From the IMG/VR virus record IMGVR_UViG_3300034061_003631, positions 11-64,010 of that record: a stretch of DNA of 64,000 bases. One strand, given 5' to 3'. Source of the DNA: a virus (lineage: Duplodnaviria; Caudoviricetes). Below, piece after piece: positions 10,493-20,292 of the stretch (positions are counted from its first letter, which is position 1; each line of letters begins with the position of its first letter). The position numbers were made by a program, and so were the translations under genes. The notes beneath the pieces are model-generated. The model was not told the origin of the DNA, ran no database searches, and worked only from the letters and a program-made list of their open reading frames with translations.

Positions 10493-11274
10493 ATAATCAC
10501 CCAGTCTTTACAATATATATCAGACCATTTTTGAATGTTGGTTTTTTCTCCAAACCAAGATGCGGGTGATATTACTTTATTGGTATTTGATAGCCATGCA
10601 CCCCACCAACTAAAAGTACTATTTCCTATAATGTGATAGTCACAAAGACTCATTAAACACATATCTGTTTTTTCATCAAGATTTTGACCTAAGTTTTTAT
10701 TTCTTCCATTATTTTTTAAAACATCGTAAACTTCTAATGGTGTATCACTAAAAATTACATATGGTATATCTTTAGGTAAAAAGTTTAAAGCATTTAAATA
10801 ATAGTCTTCTTTGCATATTGGATGATGTCCTGCCAATAATTTAAAATCTCCAATTCTTACATGAATTGCTATCAAAGGGTCTTTAATTTTTTTTCTTTTT
10901 TCTAAAGCTTCGTCATATACATTATCTTTAAATGTAAATTCTTTTTTAATATCTTCTCTGTAATCTGAAAAATATTTTTCACTTTGAAAATAACCTCTTA
11001 TTTCCGTATTATCTTTTACATTAAAAACTTCTTCATTGTAATCCCAGCTAGGGGCTTCATATAAATATGAAGGTAAAAAATTAGAACAATCTTTTGCACT
11101 TAAATTTTTAAAATATTCTGGTAATGTAAAATTATAATATGGATTTGTGTGTTTATTTTTGTAAGGTACCCCAAATTCATAATTATTTTTTTTAGCTACT
11201 GAATATAAACAGGCATATTGAAACATTTGATTTCCAGTTCTGCCGTGTACACCTAAAGTTTTAAATGATATCAT
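10489..11274 (-). CDS. Glycosyltransferase family 11 (alpha-1,2-fucosyl/colitosyltransferase-like)
   Basis: GRTGNQMFQYA, GYFQSEKYF, HVRIGD, NSTFSWWGAWL. Confidence 0.92.
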   Translation of the reverse strand: MISFKTLGVHGRTGNQMFQYACLYSVAKKNNYEFGVPYKNKHTNPYYNFTLPEYFKNLSAKDCSNFLPSYLYEAPSWDYNEEVFNVKDNTEIRGYFQSEKYFSDYREDIKKEFTFKDNVYDEALEKRKKIKDPLIAIHVRIGDFKLLAGHHPICKEDYYLNALNFLPKDIPYVIFSDTPLEVYDVLKNNGRNKNLGQNLDEKTDMCLMSLCDYHIIGNSTFSWWGAWLSNTNKVISPASWFGEKTNIQKWSDIYCKDWVII

Positions 11275-11906
11275 TGAAATGTTGTATTTCTGTTTTCTAG
11301 AGGGCGATCAGTAAGCATTTGCCATTTATTGGAACTTTCCCTGTCGTCACATTGATAAATTAAAGGACTATTTGGTGTATAAACTTTAAACTGGGTTTGT
11401 ATTCCGGCTGTTCCAACATCCCAAGGTTTATTCAAAGTATAAAGACAAAACTTCCCAACTTCTGACATAGCTTGCCTATAATTTTGTGTTACATATAAAA
11501 TAGCATGTGCTGCTAATATGCCGCCAATTCTTAAATAATTTTCATCATGTTTACATGATCCATAGTAAATATTGCCATGTGAAATCCCAAGATAAACACC
11601 ATCAGCATCATCTGGAATTTCTATAACAGGATTAAAATTGTCTGCAAACTCTACGTCATCTTCCAAAATGAGAAGTGGAGTAGAATACTTTGCGTCATCT
11701 AAAATTTCAATATGAGACATTCCACACCCTCTAAAATGGGCAATACTTTTATCTGTATTGGGGGGAGGTGGAATTACAATTCCTGGTTTTCTGTGTGTAT
11801 TTTTAAAACCAAATTTTTGAAATCGTTGTTCCATAGTTTCAGCATTTTTCTTTGCTGAATCTAAATTTATCCAGACTACTGGAATTTCACGCAAATCAAT
11901 AATCAT
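11271..11906 (-). CDS. GT25-like glycosyltransferase
   Basis: WINLD, GCGMSH, LILEDD; GAAAGGA upstream of ATG. Confidence 0.75.
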   Translation of the reverse strand: MIIDLREIPVVWINLDSAKKNAETMEQRFQKFGFKNTHRKPGIVIPPPPNTDKSIAHFRGCGMSHIEILDDAKYSTPLLILEDDVEFADNFNPVIEIPDDADGVYLGISHGNIYYGSCKHDENYLRIGGILAAHAILYVTQNYRQAMSEVGKFCLYTLNKPWDVGTAGIQTQFKVYTPNSPLIYQCDDRESSNKWQMLTDRPLENRNTTFQ

Positions 11907-11922
11907 TTTAGTCCTTTCAACA

Positions 11923-11950
11923 ATTATAGATCACTCTAAAGAAATGTCAA
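11923..11950 (-). promoter_or_regulatory. Sigma70-like promoter of the glycan operon
   Basis: TTGACA-N16-TATAAT on the minus strand, upstream of the first operon gene. Confidence 0.7.
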
Positions 11951-11960
11951 GATTATTTAT

Positions 11961-11988
11961 TTGACTTTACTCTAGAGTACTTTAATAT
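11961..11988 (+). promoter_or_regulatory. Sigma70-like promoter of uvsY
   Basis: TTGACT-N16-TAATAT, divergent from the glycan operon promoter. Confidence 0.5.
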
Positions 11989-12000
11989 ACATCTTAAAAG

Positions 12001-12438
12001 ATGAATCTAGAGAACCTTAAAGAACTTATTAATAAAGACTCTCAAATAGACTCTACAGAGTTAGGAATAGAGTCTCTTAAGATACCTCAAATACACTCAA
12101 AGTATCTTACAATTTTAGCAGATGTCAAATTACTTTTGACCAAATATCAAAATGATTTGGCTGTTTTAAAATTGCGTAAATGGAAAATTTATACCGGGAA
12201 AGTTTCAAGAGAAGAACTTGAAGAATGGAAGGAAGAACCTTCAGATTTAACATTACTAAAAAGTGATGTTGAACAATTTGTGGAAGCAGATCCAAAAGTT
12301 ATAGATTTAAAATCTAAAATAGCAGTTACAGAAGTAAAATTAAAAATGGTTGAAGAATACATACGTTCACTCAATAATAGAAATTTTATGATAAAATCTG
12401 CCATCGAATGGCATAAAATGATGAATGGTATAGCATAA
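12001..12438 (+). CDS. uvsY: Recombination mediator UvsY
   Basis: KIPQIHSKY, LLKSDVEQFVEAD, RNFMIKSAIEW; directly upstream of uvsW. Confidence 0.9.
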   Translation: MNLENLKELINKDSQIDSTELGIESLKIPQIHSKYLTILADVKLLLTKYQNDLAVLKLRKWKIYTGKVSREELEEWKEEPSDLTLLKSDVEQFVEADPKVIDLKSKIAVTEVKLKMVEEYIRSLNNRNFMIKSAIEWHKMMNGIA

Positions 12439-12445
12439 ATATTAT

Positions 12446-13945
12446 GTGGACATTGAAGTTGAATCTATTGATGAAGTTCGTTACTACATCAAAACAGAGC
12501 AAGCATTAAAGAAAGAGTTACGGGACTATTTTTCATTTATGGTTCCAGGTGCTCAATATATGCCTATGTTCAAACGCAGACTGTGGGATGGCAAGATCCG
12601 TCTGTATGATATTCTTACATCCACTCTTCCCCGGGGTTTAAAGACTTACTTAAAAAAGTTTTCAGACGAGCGCAAGTATTCCATTTCTTTCAAAGAAAGC
12701 AAAAAAGATCTATGCATAACAACGGAGGAACTTGCTACGCTTTATACTGGACTAAATGTAACGGTGAAAAAGTCTTCTATACAAATGCATCCACATCAGT
12801 CACAAGCAATCGTCCACGCTATAAACAATCACCGGTGTGTAATTATATCCCCGACAGGCTCTGGGAAAAGTTTAATAATATACGTCTTGCTCCGATGGCT
12901 ACTATCCGTAATAAAGCCAGACAGAAAAATATTGATTCTGGTACCTACGGTGGGACTTGTAAACCAGATGGAGTCTGACTTTTTTGACTATTCAAAGAAT
13001 GATCCCAAGTGGAATTGCAGAAAATCAGTACACAAGATTAGTTCAGGGGCAGAGAAAGAAACAAATAAGTCAATCATAGTTTCTACTTGGCAATCTGTTT
13101 ATAAACTTCCCAGAGAGTGGTTTGATAAGTTTGATGCAGTGATCTTTGATGAATGCCATCAAGCCAAGGCCGAGTCGATAAACATGATTGGCCAAAAGAT
13201 GTCAAAGGCTTGGTTTCGAATCGGAACAACCGGAACCCTTGATCAAGCGCAAGCACATCGTCTAAGCATCGAAGGCATCTTGGGACCAGCCATACAGTTC
13301 ATACAGACCAAGAACCTCATGAATAAGGGATTACTTGCCACCCTCGGAATCGATGCCATACTGTTGAAGTACACTGAAGCTGAAAAAGAGTTGCTTAAGA
13401 AGCAAAGATACCCAGACGAAATAAAGTGGCTTATAAGTAATGATAGGCGTAATGAGTTCATCAGAGACCTCGCACTTAACACCAAAGGAAACACCCTCGT
13501 CCTCTTCAACTACGTTGAAGGACAAGGAAAGCCCTTGCACTCTCTCATTAAGGCAGCGGCTGGCGATAGAAAAGTATATCTTATCTACGGAAAAACGGAT
13601 GCAGACGCAAGAGAATACATCCGTCGTGTCATCGACACGGAAAAAAACGCAATCCTTGTGGCCAGTTATGGCACTACTAGTGCTGGCATCAACATTGTTA
13701 ATCTTGACAATATCATTTTTGCGTCACCTACTAAGTCTGTAATTCGTTTGCTGCAAAGCATCGGAAGAGGCTTACGTGTATCAGCACACAAGAAGACACT
13801 CAAAGTTTTTGACATTGTAGATGATCTTTGCACCAAGTCGTATAAAAATCATGTATTCAAACATTTTGAAGAACGTATAAAGATATACAAGAAAGAAAAG
13901 TTTGATTACAAGATAGTGTCGATGGAACTACCAAAAGATAAATAA
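12446..13945 (+). CDS. uvsW: UvsW SF2 DNA helicase
   Basis: WDGKIRL, SPTGSGKS, DECH, LQSIGRGLR. Confidence 0.96.
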   Translation: MDIEVESIDEVRYYIKTEQALKKELRDYFSFMVPGAQYMPMFKRRLWDGKIRLYDILTSTLPRGLKTYLKKFSDERKYSISFKESKKDLCITTEELATLYTGLNVTVKKSSIQMHPHQSQAIVHAINNHRCVIISPTGSGKSLIIYVLLRWLLSVIKPDRKILILVPTVGLVNQMESDFFDYSKNDPKWNCRKSVHKISSGAEKETNKSIIVSTWQSVYKLPREWFDKFDAVIFDECHQAKAESINMIGQKMSKAWFRIGTTGTLDQAQAHRLSIEGILGPAIQFIQTKNLMNKGLLATLGIDAILLKYTEAEKELLKKQRYPDEIKWLISNDRRNEFIRDLALNTKGNTLVLFNYVEGQGKPLHSLIKAAAGDRKVYLIYGKTDADAREYIRRVIDTEKNAILVASYGTTSAGINIVNLDNIIFASPTKSVIRLLQSIGRGLRVSAHKKTLKVFDIVDDLCTKSYKNHVFKHFEERIKIYKKEKFDYKIVSMELPKDK

Positions 13946-13966
13946 TAGGGAAGGGAGGACATTCCT

Positions 13967-14650
13967 ATGTCCGATTCGCTTCCTGAGAATTCATTCTCGG
14001 GCATATTAAGAGTTGTTAAGCTCCTAACAGGAGAAGAAATCGCAGGTCTAGTTAGCGATTCAATGCCCGACAAAATAGCAATTAAGTTTCCAGCTAAATT
14101 AGAAAATTATATGGGAAAAGATTCAAAAGGAAATCCCATTGAATTTGTTAAACTGACTAATTATGCTGCTTCCACTAAATCATTTGAAATATCACTAAAC
14201 AAATCTGCAATTGTATTCGTAGCGCAGCCTTCTGCAGAATTAGAAAAAATGTATGAAATTTATTTTATGACTGTTCAAACCGATCCAAAATCTATTCAAA
14301 ATAGTATGCCAGAAGGCATGGTCGATGTTGATACGGGTTTACAACTTTTAAATGACTTATTTACAAATGAAGATTTTGTAAATTTTGTAAATGACCTTAT
14401 GGACACCTATGAGGGTGTAGAAATTTTAGCTGATCTGGGTGAAGATGTAGGCGACGAAGATGTAGGCGACGAAGACGAAGAAGAGCCAGAATCCTCTAGG
14501 ACGGGCACCATAGAAGAAGAGCCTGAGCCCCCATCTAAGAAGAAGAAACGCTCTATAATGAAACCTGAGTCCACTAAAATGCCATATAAACCAGAGAACC
14601 CACCAGAAGATCCTAAAAGCTGGTCAGACAACCCTATGGATTATATGTAA
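13967..14650 (+). CDS. Sm-like domain protein with acidic tail (typical T4-like gene after uvsW)
   Basis: VVKLLTGEEIAG N-terminal motif; D/E-rich C-terminus with an EDVGD tandem duplication. Confidence 0.6.
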   Translation: MSDSLPENSFSGILRVVKLLTGEEIAGLVSDSMPDKIAIKFPAKLENYMGKDSKGNPIEFVKLTNYAASTKSFEISLNKSAIVFVAQPSAELEKMYEIYFMTVQTDPKSIQNSMPEGMVDVDTGLQLLNDLFTNEDFVNFVNDLMDTYEGVEILADLGEDVGDEDVGDEDEEEPESSRTGTIEEEPEPPSKKKKRSIMKPESTKMPYKPENPPEDPKSWSDNPMDYM

Positions 14651-15199
14651 TTAAGTTCCGTAGCTTCCACCAAGTTCTGTAGGAGCATCCGGAGTAAGCT
14701 CATAATAAGAATATTTAAATGTTGCAGATGCTTTTATAATAGGAGCATCTGCAGTATCAGATTGAAAAATTAATCCCGACAATCTTACAGGAATTAAATT
14801 TGCAAATTTTACTGTTAATACTGGATTGGGAGTATCACAACCAATAGTTGGATGCAATATTAAAGCACCACTGTAATGCCAGCGTTGATATGTTAAATCG
14901 TAACTGGTTGCATCTTGAATATTTGTAATATCTCTCATCCAAGAATAAATAATTTTCCAGTTGGCAAGATCGCTGTCTACCATAAACTCAACAACTAGAG
15001 GTTCATATTGGACCGTCATTGTTGGAACTGGAACTGTTGTACCAAATATTGTTGGTTGTGCTTGATCTGGTACGGTAATACCAGGAAGATTTGCCTTTTG
15101 AACCATTAACTCAAGAGGATCGCTACCACGCTCAATTTTAAAACTAAAATAGTTTGCGTAAAGATTATTAGTATTACTTTGGCAAGGATTAGTTGTCAT
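14651..15199 (-). CDS. gp3: Tail completion / sheath stabilizer gp3
   Basis: QKANLPGI, YEPLVVEFMVDSDLANWKIIYSWM, ATFKYSYY. Confidence 0.85.
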   Translation of the reverse strand: MTTNPCQSNTNNLYANYFSFKIERGSDPLELMVQKANLPGITVPDQAQPTIFGTTVPVPTMTVQYEPLVVEFMVDSDLANWKIIYSWMRDITNIQDATSYDLTYQRWHYSGALILHPTIGCDTPNPVLTVKFANLIPVRLSGLIFQSDTADAPIIKASATFKYSYYELTPDAPTELGGSYGT

Positions 15200-15201
15200 T
15201 T

Positions 15202-15744
15202 TTATTGAGAGGGTGTTCCGCTACCATAGTAACAAGGACTATTTCCGGAAGTATTTGGAAATTGGTAAATACAACTTCCAGTCATATCTTTATTATAACG
15301 AGTTGCTAAAAATTCTGGCCAACGATAATTTATAATTTCTTGCCAGCCTCTATGATATCCTACAGGACCATAAGGTGGAGTAGTGTTTCCTTCAGTATAT
15401 CTTCTATACAAATCAGCATATGTTATCATTCTAGTGGTCTCTGGAATATAATTCCAATTTCGCGCAAGAAAAACCCATTGATTTAACCATTGTATCCATT
15501 GTTGATAATGTGGATGATTTTGCGGAAGAGTATCTGACAAATTAAAATTAAAAAACCAAAGCATGCTGCGATTTACATCTAAGGGACTTTGTGCTTCACC
15601 AGTTGTCAAAGGATTTAATGAAGATCCCAATTGAATGTTTCTATAATTTGGATCCCAATCATAATTTGTTCCCGCCACCGATTGACCGGGAGCCAAACTG
15701 AATTCCATTTCAGATTCGATTAAATATTTTTTAAAACCATTCAT
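15202..15744 (-). CDS. Hypothetical Trp/Pro-rich protein with capsid-targeting-like N-terminus
   Basis: Starts MNGFKKYLIE; preceded by ATAAATA late-promoter motif. Confidence 0.65.
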   Translation of the reverse strand: MNGFKKYLIESEMEFSLAPGQSVAGTNYDWDPNYRNIQLGSSLNPLTTGEAQSPLDVNRSMLWFFNFNLSDTLPQNHPHYQQWIQWLNQWVFLARNWNYIPETTRMITYADLYRRYTEGNTTPPYGPVGYHRGWQEIINYRWPEFLATRYNKDMTGSCIYQFPNTSGNSPCYYGSGTPSQ

Positions 15745-15760
15745 ATAAAATATTTATGCA

Positions 15761-15795
15761 AAGAAAAACCCCTCCCGATTTCTCGGGAGGGGTTT
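15761..15795 (-). terminator. Intrinsic terminator after gp23
   Basis: 13-bp stem AAACCCCTCCCGA/TCGGGAGGGGTTT with T-tract on the minus strand. Confidence 0.85.
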
Positions 15796-15816
15796 ATTCG
15801 TCTCTTTACTTACCTA

Positions 15817-17250
15817 TTAACCTTGGGTCATACCGTGGAGGTTATTGACTTGAGTTAGGCGGTAGTATTGGTTGATACCTTGAGTGAGAGCTTCACCGTC
15901 TGGTGTGGTTCCGTTTAGGACGTATGGGTTAGCAACTACGCCGTAACGGGTCTTGAATCCAATTCTTGGTTGGAAAGTATTTGGATCTACTGCACGGACC
16001 ATTTGGAGAGGAACGTATGGGCAGTAGAAGAGACCAGCGTCATATGGAGACTCGCCCTTATAACCAGCGCAGAAGAAGTTTACGCCGAGTGGGGTGTAAG
16101 GATCGATATATACGCGGACTTTTCCATTTAGCAATCCAGCAAAGGTGCTTTGGGTATCATCAACATTGAGTTGTGGTGCGATGCCGGGGCTGAGGCTCAT
16201 GAAGCCAGACATGGCTAGAGCAGCAGCAGTATCGCTGTCAACGATGACGAAGTTACCTTTACCACGACGGGTTTCCTTGGCAATTGCGTTGCATTCACGT
16301 TCAATTTGGAAAGTGAGGCCACGGAATCTTTCGGCAGACCAACGACCGTCAGAGTCTTGGTTAAGATCGTATATACCAGCAGAGGTGATATCGTTTTGGA
16401 CAGTTCCTCTACGAGCAACATAATAGATGGTTCTGACGATTTCGCGGTTGATTTCAGCAAGAATTTCTGTGCTGAGGAGGTTTGCGAGTTCGGCTTCTGC
16501 ATCTAGACCGTGAACAGCCTTGAGGTCTTGTGCCAATTCAATTGTGTAGTTGCTGCTTAGAGCGCGAGTACGAGCTTGGACGGCAACGCGGTCAATTGAG
16601 AAGGCCATTTGGTTAAATTGGCTGTAAGGATTAGAAGTTCCGCTACCCAAACCTTCACCGTTAGCAGTCAACATACCACGGAATGAGCTGAATTGAGCTG
16701 CAGTGGCGTTGTTTCTGAGGTAAACTGGGTTGTTAAATGCGCTGTTTCCGCATGAACCGCAGAGACCAAAGAATCCGCAGATACCCTTCTCGGTTGAACC
16801 GAGTGTATAACCAGAACCACCGAATCCAGGAATTGCTTCTTGGAACATGGCTTCGGTATATGAAGTGGTATTGCCGTATTGGAATCCACCATAGTTAGCG
16901 CGCATTGCAAAGATGAGTCCGGTTGGGGCGGTCATTGGTTGGACGCCGCAAACATCATAGGCCATCAAGTTTGGCATTGCACGACGAACTAAGCTGATGA
17001 GAACTGGGTCATAACCTGCAACTCCACCGTTATTGGTGAAGCTGGTTGGCATGCCCAAGTTTGCAGAGTTCATCAAACCATCGGTTTCGGTGAGGTACTG
17101 AGAACGAAGAGATTGTTCTTGGTTCTCAAGAAGGACAGCTGTGACCTTCTTACGGTAGTCATCAGAGATGTTTGGAAGAGCGCCGTGATCAAGCACGGGA
17201 TTCCACTTCTCTGTTAAAATATCATATGGGGTATTGTCTTGAAAGTTCAT
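15817..17250 (-). CDS. gp23: Major capsid protein gp23
   Basis: DPVLISLVRRAMPNLMAYDVCGVQPMTAPTGLIFAMR, ELAQDLKAVHGLDAE, FQPRIGFKTRYG. Confidence 0.99.
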   Translation of the reverse strand: MNFQDNTPYDILTEKWNPVLDHGALPNISDDYRKKVTAVLLENQEQSLRSQYLTETDGLMNSANLGMPTSFTNNGGVAGYDPVLISLVRRAMPNLMAYDVCGVQPMTAPTGLIFAMRANYGGFQYGNTTSYTEAMFQEAIPGFGGSGYTLGSTEKGICGFFGLCGSCGNSAFNNPVYLRNNATAAQFSSFRGMLTANGEGLGSGTSNPYSQFNQMAFSIDRVAVQARTRALSSNYTIELAQDLKAVHGLDAEAELANLLSTEILAEINREIVRTIYYVARRGTVQNDITSAGIYDLNQDSDGRWSAERFRGLTFQIERECNAIAKETRRGKGNFVIVDSDTAAALAMSGFMSLSPGIAPQLNVDDTQSTFAGLLNGKVRVYIDPYTPLGVNFFCAGYKGESPYDAGLFYCPYVPLQMVRAVDPNTFQPRIGFKTRYGVVANPYVLNGTTPDGEALTQGINQYYRLTQVNNLHGMTQG

Positions 17251-17294
17251 TTGTTAAATATCTCCTAAGTAAAATTATTTATAATTTGTTATTT

Positions 17295-18356
17295 TTATAC
17301 TTTTTTGTTAAGTTTTCCGATTACATTAGCGTAATTTTCTACGGTGGAAGATTCCATTGGTCTTACTGCAGAAAATGTCATTTCTTCATTAATTGGTTTT
17401 GCTCTTTGAAGTGGAGCTGGTCTTACAAAATTTGCTTGAGAAGTAAGGTAATTATTCTTAATTCCAAGTAATTTTGCTTGATATTCGCCAACATTTTCAA
17501 AAGAGACGTTTTCCATCAATGATTGAAGTTTTGCAACTTGAGTGTCAGCCAAATCTCTAGTTTCAGCAACAAAGATGGTTGCACACTCGTTCAACATAAG
17601 TTGTTTCTTGATGTTGAGATTTTCGTTAATTGTGGCGTTTAAAGAATTTTCCAAATTTCTATTTTGTGCATAAAGCTCATCTAAAGCGTTATACTTTTCA
17701 TTTGGAACATCAATGTAGTGATTTTCAAAAAGATTCTTCAAACCAGTGATAAAGTTTTCAGCGATTTGAGTTTTGATTCCTTGTTCAACGGCAATATTGT
17801 TGTCTTGCATCCATTCTTCGACAACGTAATCAAGGTAATCGTCAACTTTTTCAACTAGAGTTGTTGTCACATTCTCAAGATAAGAAGCAACGTTTTCGTC
17901 TAATTGATTGACAATTTTGTTTACTTTATTGTTTGTTTTTTCTGTTACCGCTGCTTCAAAAATTGCATGAAGTTGTGAAATAGTTTCACCAGAAACACTT
18001 TCACCTAGTAATGAAATTAAAGCATTTCTAAATTGCTCAGAATTGCTTTCTTCTACTTCAGTTACATCGGGTGTTTCGTTTTCGGTTTCTTCCTCATCTT
18101 CTTCTTCTTCAGCTTCATAACCAACAACGTTTTCTCTTTGTGAGGTTCCGTAATCGGCAGTATTCATCGAAGAAGGAAAAGCACCTGCAGCGGCTGCTGC
18201 TGGAGTTGGTACTTGTGCCTTAGCTAAATTATTAGCCTTAACAACAGGTCTTGGGATGTAAGTACCTTTTCCATCTGGGGTACGAGCATCACCATTTACT
18301 GGGAATTGTCCTTGCATAAATTGTGGGTTTAGATTATTCATTATTTTATCCTTCAA
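17295..18356 (-). CDS. gp22: Prohead core scaffold gp22
   Basis: IFEAAV, LVEKVDDYLDYVVEEWM, ENFITGLKNLFENHYIDVP. Confidence 0.93.
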   Translation of the reverse strand: MKDKIMNNLNPQFMQGQFPVNGDARTPDGKGTYIPRPVVKANNLAKAQVPTPAAAAAGAFPSSMNTADYGTSQRENVVGYEAEEEEDEEETENETPDVTEVEESNSEQFRNALISLLGESVSGETISQLHAIFEAAVTEKTNNKVNKIVNQLDENVASYLENVTTTLVEKVDDYLDYVVEEWMQDNNIAVEQGIKTQIAENFITGLKNLFENHYIDVPNEKYNALDELYAQNRNLENSLNATINENLNIKKQLMLNECATIFVAETRDLADTQVAKLQSLMENVSFENVGEYQAKLLGIKNNYLTSQANFVRPAPLQRAKPINEEMTFSAVRPMESSTVENYANVIGKLNKKV

Positions 18357-18376
18357 ACTTTAATTATTTATATTTT

Positions 18377-19120
18377 TTAATATATTCCTTTTCTTTTGCC
18401 TCTCTCAAGATAGCCACCTGCTCCAACAGCAGCGGCAGCTGTCTGAGAACCAATATTTGCCATATGTGATAGTGCAGATTGAGCACCAAATGCTTTTGTA
18501 GCCCAATCTAGTGGATCTATTCCCATCATGGCCAATTGTGGTAACTTAGCAGAAACTTCTATACCAAGTCTACCAAATCTTCCTGTTGGAACGCCAGCCA
18601 TACCAGCTACAGTTGGGCTTAATCCCAACATACTTGCAATTGCTGTGGTTCCTCTTATGGCTGCAGAAGCAGCTGGTCCCGCAGCACCCAAAGAAGCAAC
18701 TAATCCTGTCGTGGGAGCCATACCACCCAAATATCTTGCAGCCAATTCAGTTTTAATTAATTGTTTTGCACCAGACTTAATTAATGGATCTGGAACCCAA
18801 CCAAGATAATGATTTAAAACAGAGTCAGCATTGGCTGCAACATTTCCCCAATATCCCTGTGATACAATATCAGAGCCAGATGGCATTGCTGTTCCGGGAG
18901 CAGCGGGTGTTCCTGCCCAAGGAGTTGACATGGATGCTCTTGAAGAACCACCTGTGATACCTACACCAGAGCCACCACCACCAGCAGTAATTCTAGAAGG
19001 TCCGGAAGAACTTAAAGTTCTTGCTGGTTTGCCAACTAAACCATATCTTCTTTTTACTCTGGGTGGTTTACTAGCAGCTTCTAATAAAATTTTATTGGTG
19101 TGGGGATCAAATAATGGCAT
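18377..19120 (-). CDS. Hypothetical Gly/Ala-rich protein between gp21 and gp22
   Basis: 247-aa ORF abutting the gp21 stop; KILLE near the N-terminus. Confidence 0.65.
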   Translation of the reverse strand: MPLFDPHTNKILLEAASKPPRVKRRYGLVGKPARTLSSSGPSRITAGGGGSGVGITGGSSRASMSTPWAGTPAAPGTAMPSGSDIVSQGYWGNVAANADSVLNHYLGWVPDPLIKSGAKQLIKTELAARYLGGMAPTTGLVASLGAAGPAASAAIRGTTAIASMLGLSPTVAGMAGVPTGRFGRLGIEVSAKLPQLAMMGIDPLDWATKAFGAQSALSHMANIGSQTAAAAVGAGGYLERGKRKGIY

Positions 19121-19764
19121 TAGATATTCCTAAAATATTGTTCAAAAACTTTTACAATGTTTTTTTCTAGGTTTTTTGAACCAGATTTTTTAATAATTTT
19201 TCTTGCAGAATCTAATTGTCGTTCAGACCAAATACCATTTTCAAAAATCCATTCACGGCCTTCCATTATTCCGTTGACAAAAGCATTTGGTGCAGAAGGG
19301 TCAGCTACAATATCGATTGCAGCTAACATAAAATCTTCTTGAACTTCTTGATAACCATTTTTTGATTTTAGCGAACCCATACCTCTTGTAGATACACCAA
19401 GTTGGGCACCCTCATCAATAAGGTTTTTTACAATTTTGCCCATTGGCGTATCAAGAACTTTAGCCTTACCGTAGACATTTCTGCCATCTTCATATAGTTC
19501 TTTTACAATGTGCGAGACTCTATCAAGATTTACAGTAGGACCTGTTGGGTGGTTTAATTCACCCATTGCACGACCTTTAGCAACATATTCGTTAATATAC
19601 CTTTTGCATTCTTTTAATAAGGTATTTTTTGGATAGATTCTTCCATTGCGGTTTTTAACGTCAGATTGCATAAATACACCTTCGATAAAATAATGTTTAT
19701 CGCCATTTCCGACATTTTCTTTGACGTATTTAATATCTTCAGTTAATTCTGTAATTAGTTTCAT
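19120..19764 (-). CDS. gp21: Prohead protease gp21
   Basis: KNRNGRIYP, GELNHP, GVSTRGMGSL, DIVADPSAPNAFV. Confidence 0.97.
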   Translation of the reverse strand: MKLITELTEDIKYVKENVGNGDKHYFIEGVFMQSDVKNRNGRIYPKNTLLKECKRYINEYVAKGRAMGELNHPTGPTVNLDRVSHIVKELYEDGRNVYGKAKVLDTPMGKIVKNLIDEGAQLGVSTRGMGSLKSKNGYQEVQEDFMLAAIDIVADPSAPNAFVNGIMEGREWIFENGIWSERQLDSARKIIKKSGSKNLEKNIVKVFEQYFRNI

Positions 19765-19773
19765 TGTTTTCCT

Positions 19774-20286
19774 TTAGCGGCCTGGTCCGGTGTCATCTGA
19801 TCCTGGTTTTTTCTTTGGAAATTTTTTATTGTGTACATATTGAGCGTGTTTTTTAGAATAATAATCCCACCTTTGCTTGGCTCTATCCCAAGCTTCTCTA
19901 GCTCTTTTATATCCTTCTTTATCATCTGGATAGTCAGATGATTTTGGTGGATTAGTTGGGCTAAGTGGATGAGGGAAAAAATCTCTTATTCCTGGTGGGG
20001 CTGAATAGTTATCAGGATCTGGTCCGTAATAAGGTGGATCTGGCCAATCATAGGTTGGACTGCCCATAGCAGCACTAATTTCTCCTTCACCAGTATCTGT
20101 TAAAGCTGTAAAATTTGGATTAGCGACTTCATTTACACTTTTAAAAACATTTTTTGCAACATTTGCATATTCATTTTTTAAACGATCTGATAGCTTTTTG
20201 TATAATTCTTTAGAAGCATTTTCTTTAAATTGAACAATGTTTTCTTCCAATACATTTTTTACTAGGTTGTTTACTTTATTTTCCAT
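19774..20286 (-). CDS. Prohead core-like protein (gp67/gp68 position) with Pro-rich extension
   Basis: Lies between portal and protease; helical N-terminal ~55 aa, then a Pro/Tyr-rich tail. Confidence 0.6.
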   Translation of the reverse strand: MENKVNNLVKNVLEENIVQFKENASKELYKKLSDRLKNEYANVAKNVFKSVNEVANPNFTALTDTGEGEISAAMGSPTYDWPDPPYYGPDPDNYSAPPGIRDFFPHPLSPTNPPKSSDYPDDKEGYKRAREAWDRAKQRWDYYSKKHAQYVHNKKFPKKKPGSDDTGPGR

Positions 20287-20292
20287 TTTTTC

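Noticed and set aside
14441-14475. 15-nt tandem repeat GAAGATGTAGGCGAC
   Set aside because: Simple in-frame slippage in an acidic low-complexity tail
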